Part shown: one piece after another, positions 57,716-64,000 of the stretch
How positions within the stretch are numbered: the stretch's first letter is position 1
Layout of the letters: each line of letters opens with the position of its first letter
Assembly (NCBI RefSeq): GCF_009914755.1
Contig: NC_060927.1
Direction: 5' to 3' (one strand)
Length of the DNA stretch: 64,000 bases
Source: the human T2T-CHM13v2.0 reference genome, Homo sapiens
Program-made: the position numbers and the translations under genes
The notes under the pieces: generated by a model
Database searches by the model: none
What the model saw: only the letters and a program-made list of their open reading frames with translations
What the model was told of the DNA's origin: nothing

Positions 57716-58999
57716 CTAAATTTCAAAGAAATAAGAAATATTATTTATCTCTTTTTTCATTTTGTAATTTTAGATTTTGCCACTAATTGTAAGACATTTG
57801 CCCATCTCCAAGATAGCATGAATACATTCACTGTGTTTCCAAATTGTGTTGCTGCCTACAACTTAAAATTATCTTAACAATGATTCATGTAGTAATATGA
57901 GGTTCATAAAGATATAGTATTCATTTAATGATTTGCATAAATAAAAAACAAAGGCAATTTTCATCTCTGTTTCTTCTGCTCTCAATTTGCTTGTATATAA
58001 GTGATAATTTGGTATTTTATGTGCTGGTATGCCTTTATTTTGAGACGTTCAAAAGGTTAGCATGGGATAGTAATTTATGTGAAAGCTGTCACTTATTAAA
58101 ACAGTACAACCATTCATGAGTTCTGTGATACTCTGAGTAAATCTAATTCCACTTTAGACTTTGATGATGTTATTTGCAATTAAAGATTCTATCTCTGGTG
58201 ATTATTACTACAATATTTTGGCTTATCTGACCAATCACAAACTTGAGGACATTAGAGAGGGGAAGAAAAGCCAAGTGCTATTTTTCTAGAGTTTACTTAG
58301 GGTTTAAAAATTTTGTTGTTTCAAAGGTGATAGTTTCTGTTGTATCATAAGCACATGAAGAAAGTCGATTTTGTATGTGAAGTTTAATCAGCATAGCCTA
58401 AGTTTCTGTCTGAAATGATACACTATGAGTGGTTTTTTTTTTCTAGCCTAGTATGATTTAATGAAAATTTTAGACTATTTTTTGCCCAAGCAATATTTCT
58501 TAGGTCTTCGTTCAGAGGATTCATATATGGATCTGTGTCTATTGCTAATAGGCTTCTTAATGTATACTCCTTTTAGTTTTTTCCTCCTCTTGAACTTTGT
58601 ACCATACAGCTAGTATCACTGTCTCACCTAAATCATTGTTATTACCAGTAAGTGATAGGATAGTCTCTAAATTTCCTTGATAACTCAGGTATTTCCTTAA
58701 TAACTCAGAATCATTGTTTTTCTATCAGGTCATGTTTGTGAACCTAAGAGTTCAACACTCACTTGTTTTTTCTAATTTATTGTCCTTATACTTCTAGCAT
58801 ACTTGACTTGTTTTTAGTTACTCATTTCACAGATATTAGTTGGAGTCTCTGCTATGTGTCAGGCCCTCAACTCAACTGCTTCAGCTGCCCTCAGGCTCAA
58901 CCTTGTCCTGTAGATAATCATTTCCCCGACTGGTCATATTTCTGAGTTATTACATTCTGAAAATTACCTATATTACCATTGTCTTCACTGTGATTTATA

Positions 59000-59435
59000 C
59001 TGTTTTAGATCAGATTCCTTGGGAAATAGACCCTTAACCAGGATTTGCATTCAAGAAACTTACTGGGAAATCCTCTAGTGAATAACATCTGTGAGGGAGT
59101 AAAAGCCATGTAACTGAGCAGAGTGAGATGCAGAATTGAGATGCAGTTGCCAAAAAAGACTTTGCCCATCCTCCACAGATTGCTGTGAAGCTAAATGGCA
59201 GTTCAGAAATGTTCCTAACTGAGGCAAGGAAGGAGCCTAACTGGCTCCTTTCGTCGACAAGTCATAGTTGTGGGCTACAGGCTCCACCTTGTGTGAACAG
59301 CCCCCACTTTGGTCAAGGGCAAGGCCTAAGGAAATACTCAGCTTTGTGTCATCAGCAGGCAACACTCTTTGCAGCTGAAATAATGAAGGCCTGCATCCCC
59401 AAAGGGAGAACTGGGTGGCATACCAGAGCACCCAC
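59000..59435. mobile_element. LTR16-type (ERVL) LTR
   Basis: agattccttgggaaatagaccct…ggatttgcattcaagaa…catctgtgagggagt. Confidence 0.55.
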
Positions 59436-59833
59436 AAAAAAAAGTCTTTCTTGCCTTTTTCCTTTTTTCATCCAGAAGTAACATTTTTTACTTCTCTCTC
59501 TCCCTCCTTCTCTCTCTCTGCCTTCCTTCCCCATAAAGGCTATATTGATTGCATTTGTCATTGTCATGTAAAGAGTTCTTTCAAAACTTGCCTAGTAGCA
59601 AGAATGTCCCACAGACTTTTTTCTTATAATTCAGCTATAAGGAAAAGAAAAACAAAAACAATATTTTATGCATATCTAGTGTTATGAGAGATATAGTGAG
59701 GAATTTGATCACTTTTATAGATTAAGTCTAGTCATTTCCTGTCCTGAATTACAGCAGAAATATTACTAGCTTTGCTTGGGGTATCTTGGGATAGATGGCC
59801 AGTTCCTGATCACGAGGAGGAGGTGGTTACTAC

Positions 59834-60019
59834 CTCTACCATAACATCTGCTGCTATTATGCTATTCATTCAGAATACAACAGTAAAAACTGGATTTAGC
59901 AGAAGTAGTGGTATCACAGAGGAGCCCCTTGGTGAACAAGACCTCTTCTTCTTTATACTTCCAATCATGCCGTTTTAAATGCTAACCACATTTAGGAGAG
60001 CTTTCCACATGAAAGACTT
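59834..60019 (-). pseudogene. Possible 186-nt exon, phase 1 to 1, with two TAG stops (VFHVESSPKCG*HLKRHDWKYKEEEVLF…)
   Basis: tattattag|AAGTC…GTAGAG|gtagta; weak splice sites; phase fits exon 57715. Confidence 0.25.
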
Positions 60020-60499
60020 CTAATAATATTTAAGTTTTGTTTACATAAAAATACAACTGAACATTTTTATAGAAATTTAGTAACAACAAATTACTACTTT
60101 ATAAATTGTAATAATTTCTTATATTTAAGGACTTTTAATTTCACCAGCAAATATGGCTAAATTTACTGTATCATTAGAGTTACTTGGTTAAGTTATACAT
60201 TAGCATTACCTGATTAATATCTCTTCCCATGGTTATGCCACAACAAAATCTTACCGCACTCAAGAACACCTGGTTATATAATCGTCAGTGCTTTTTTATT
60301 ATTTCACAATTTTATTTTGGTGTTTTGAGATTTTATATAATTTTATTTTTAAATTGTCTCTTCTTTCAGTAAATATAAAAGAGGATAATCAGTCTCCTAG
60401 AGCTTCCCATTTAAGACATATATAGCATTCTTACTTAGAGCTGTATAGCTTATCATAATTTCCTTCATTAAGGTCATATTAAAAGAAAAATGTCTTTTT

Positions 60500-61420
60500 T
60501 GCTGTGAGTCCACTAATTCACTCAACAACTATTTTGTAGCTTCTGTTGTGTACATAGGAGGGACAAAGATGAATAAGTTGCATTGTTTTTTCTCTCAACA
60601 TTCTCACAAGTGTAATCAATGATAATTATATGTAAGCTGATCTAATACAATTGTACAAATGTTCTCTAGTACTGTGAACAGTGCTATTGGCAGCAGTAAA
60701 AACAGAACTAACTCTTAAGAGTGGATTTGCTGGAAAATAAAGTTAATGAAGGAGTCATATTTGAGCAGATCCTAGATAGACAAGCCTGATTTTGTATCTG
60801 CATCATGAGTGTACATGAAAAAGACTTGCAATATAGTTGGAAAATAGGCTACATGGTGTGTAGCAGACTGTGATAGGACAAAAATGTAAGTCAGCTATCA
60901 AAAGGCCTTAAAATAATTTTAGTCTGTATTTAATGGATGGCTATGTAGGGATTTTTGTTTTGTTTTGTTCTGTTTTTGAGAAAGAGGGCAACTTAAATAC
61001 ACCTTTATTTCAGAAAGGAATTTTGGGTCATATTACGTAGAACAGATGATCAGTGGGAGCCTAAATGGGAGGGAATATAAATAAACCAAATATGAGACTG
61101 TTGAATTAAGAAGAAAGGTAAGGAAAACTATGAGATATAATTATTACCAGGTGAAAGAAAAAAAATGTAGAAGAGGAGAAGTGGGGAATTACTGGAGTGA
61201 ATGGTGATAGTGTAACTAATGTAAGATTTGCAGGGGAAGGAACTGAGAGTGGTAGGAAATGTTAATTTACTTTAAAAATATTGTCACCTTCCATGTGACT
61301 TTGGCAGAACCAGATCTGTTTATTCTATATGAAGTTGGAAATTTGTATCTGTAACTCAGCATCATAAATATGGAGGCTTCAGCTCCAATAATTGAAATGG
61401 ATGAGAATGCCCAGAGCAAG
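60500..61420 (-). mobile_element. Degenerate L2
   Basis: attcactcaacaactatt…acaaagatgaataag…gaaatggatgagaatgcccag. Confidence 0.5.
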
Positions 61421-61999
61421 AGAGGGAGAGAATGGAGAGAATGAGAATAGAGAGAAAAAGAGTTGGGAATCCATTATATTTTATGTTTTGTGGATGTGTG
61501 TCCCTTTATGTAATTGCAATCATTGCATACACTCATTTAATATTATGCCCTAAATACTTTACTCCATATTGTTATAGAATGAGAAGGCTTTTAGGATGTC
61601 GGAGTTAAGAATATTGTGGGGCAAAATAACATATATGATATGTTATTGAACCATATCATCATCATGTGAAAAGCACTTTTAAACAAAATCACCCTTATAT
61701 TGCCTAACTGCCTAAAAACAAATCATAGTACTTGCAGTGTAGTTTCAACAGGTGATAATTATATGAAAAGCTTTTGATTTTTGTCCCAAAGGCAAACTGA
61801 AGATAATTTAGCACTGAGACGTTTCTTTTTAATTTCCTTTAATACCTAAGAAGATTTTCTTCTACAGTGAAAGCATGAATGATAAAGGGAAACAAAAATG
61901 AAGAAGCAAATTGTTTGCATGTGTCTTCTTTTAAAACACTGGCTAATCCTAAATATTTTGTTTTCAATTAGAGTATCGTGATCTTTGTTTACTTCCTCC

Positions 62000-63515
62000 A
62001 TCTTTATTGAGGTATAATTCACAAGTAAAATATGTATATTTTTAATGGTATACAATGTGATGTTTTGATATTAGTATACATTTTAAAATGATGACCACAG
62101 TAAATGAACATATCTATAACTTCACATAGTTATATCTGTGTGTATATATGAAAGAATACTTAAGATCTACTCTAAGCAATTTTCAGGTATACAATACAGT
62201 ATTATTAACTATAGTCATCATACTTTACAGTAGATCTCCGGAACTTATTCATCCTAACAAAAACTTTATACTCTTTGTCTACATCTCCCTTTCTTCCACT
62301 ACCACTGGGAACCACATTATATTCTCTGCTTCTATGCATTTAAAAAATATTACACATGTAAGTGAGATCATCATGCAGTTCTTGTTTTTCTGTGCCTACT
62401 TATTTTACTTAGCATAATGTCCTCCAGGTTCATTCATGTTGTGCAGATAACAAGATTTCTTTCTTTTTTTTAGACTGAATATTTTTCCATTATGTATATA
62501 TACCATTTTTATACATTTGTCTGTCAGTGAACACTTGGGTTGATTCCATATCTTGGATATTGTGAATAGTGCTGTGATGAACAAGGGAGTGCAAATATCT
62601 CTTGGACATACGGATATTATTTCCTTTGGACATATATTTAGAAGTGGGATTGCTGGATCATATGGTAGTTTTATTTTTAATATTTTGAAGAATTTCCTTA
62701 CCATTTTTCATAATTATTTATTAATTTACATGTCTACCAAAGTGTTCAACAGTTACCTTTTCTCCACATCCTTGTCAACACTTATCGTTTGTCTTTTTGG
62801 TAATAGCCCTTTTAACCATATGAAGTAATATCTCACTATAGTTTTAATTGTTTTTTCCTGATGATCAGTGATGTTAAACATGTTTCATATACCTATTGGC
62901 CATTTGTATGTCTTCTTGGGAAAAATATCTTCTGAGGTTTTGGCCCATTTTTAATTGAGTCATTTGTTTTCTTACTATTGAGTTGTTTAAGTTCCTAGAT
63001 ATTTTGGATATCAACCTCTTATAAGATGTATGGTTTGCAAAATTTTTCTCCATTCTCTAGGTTTTTTCTTTATTCTGTTGATTGCTTCCTTTGCAGTGTG
63101 TAAGATTATTAGTATGAGGTAATCCCATTTGTCTATTTTTGCTTTTGTCTTTTGTGTTTTTGAGGTCTTAGCTATAAAATATTTGTGTAGACCAATGTCC
63201 TAAAAAATTTCCCGTTTCCTTCTAGTAGTTTTACAGTTTCAGTATGTTTGCATCTTTATTTCGCTTTGAGTCGATATTTGTATATTGAGTGATATAAGTG
63301 ACTAATTTCATTCTTCTGCATGTTAATTTTCAATTTTCCCAGCACCATTTGTTGGAGAGATTGTCTTTTCCTCATTGTGTGTTCTTGGCACCTTTGTCAA
63401 AGATTGATTACCTGTTAATGAATGGATTTATTTCTGAGCTCGCTGTTGTGTTTCTTTGGTCTATATGTCTGTTTTAATACTAGTACCATGCTGTTTTGAT
63501 TACTTTATCTTTGAA
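62000..63515 (-). mobile_element. L1MA-type 3' region
   Basis: tttattgaggtataatt 3' end; ORF2 peptide LPYDPAIPLLNICPKE. Confidence 0.88.
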
Positions 63516-64000
63516 TCAAGATTGTGATCTTAGCTGTATTTGTTTGCAAGCAACTGTGCATCTAAATCTCACAAGATTTCTTACACTAGAAATGAATTTG
63601 GTCATAAGAAGAAACCAAGTATGAATGGTGCAGCATAATTATTTTATTCTTAAAAAACAAATCAAAATATATTTCTTATATGTGGTAGTTCATATACAAA
63701 GAACTCTGTATCATTTTTTGCTATATTCAGTTCCTTTAGTGTTTGGCACAGTGTAATAGTGCAATGAATATCTCTTTAAAATCATCCACTGAAAAGAGAA
63801 TTATATTTTGTAAACTTCTTTTTGATCTTCAAATACTATTTGAAATAACTAGCTTACTAAGAGTTGAAATTCATTAATTTGAATAAAATCATTAAATGAT
63901 TATATTTCATTAAGATTTAATTTTTACTGAAGCCAGAGCAACTTTATATACAAAAGATTATTTCAAAGTCTCCTGGTGCTTTGGACCTTATTTCAGAGAA

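Noticed and set aside
60256-60362. Good minus-strand donor GCG|gtaaga with a possible exon
   Set aside because: Multiple stops in every frame; boundaries unsupported.

Overview
AT-rich primate (human-like) genomic DNA, dense in repeats: Alu (including a young AluY), L1PA/PB/MA, L2, MIR, THE1/MLT1/LTR1/LTR16-type LTRs, a near full-length Tigger1 and a Tigger2a-type element. None of the supplied ORFs is a credible intact gene. Reading splice signals on the minus strand reveals a chain of small, mostly phase-compatible GT-AG exons from about 60019 down to about 1572, ending in a stop codon and poly(A) signals. The joined translation resembles repeated RGS (regulator of G-protein signalling) domains of the RGS22/RGSL1 type and carries nonsense, splice-site and probable frameshift lesions. 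It is therefore a candidate unprocessed, possibly unitary, pseudogene; I cannot name it. An intron also holds two diverged relics that translate to a PIF/Harbinger transposase-like motif. Family assignments come from recalled consensus motifs, not database searches; repeat boundaries are approximate unless a target-site duplication (TSD) is given.
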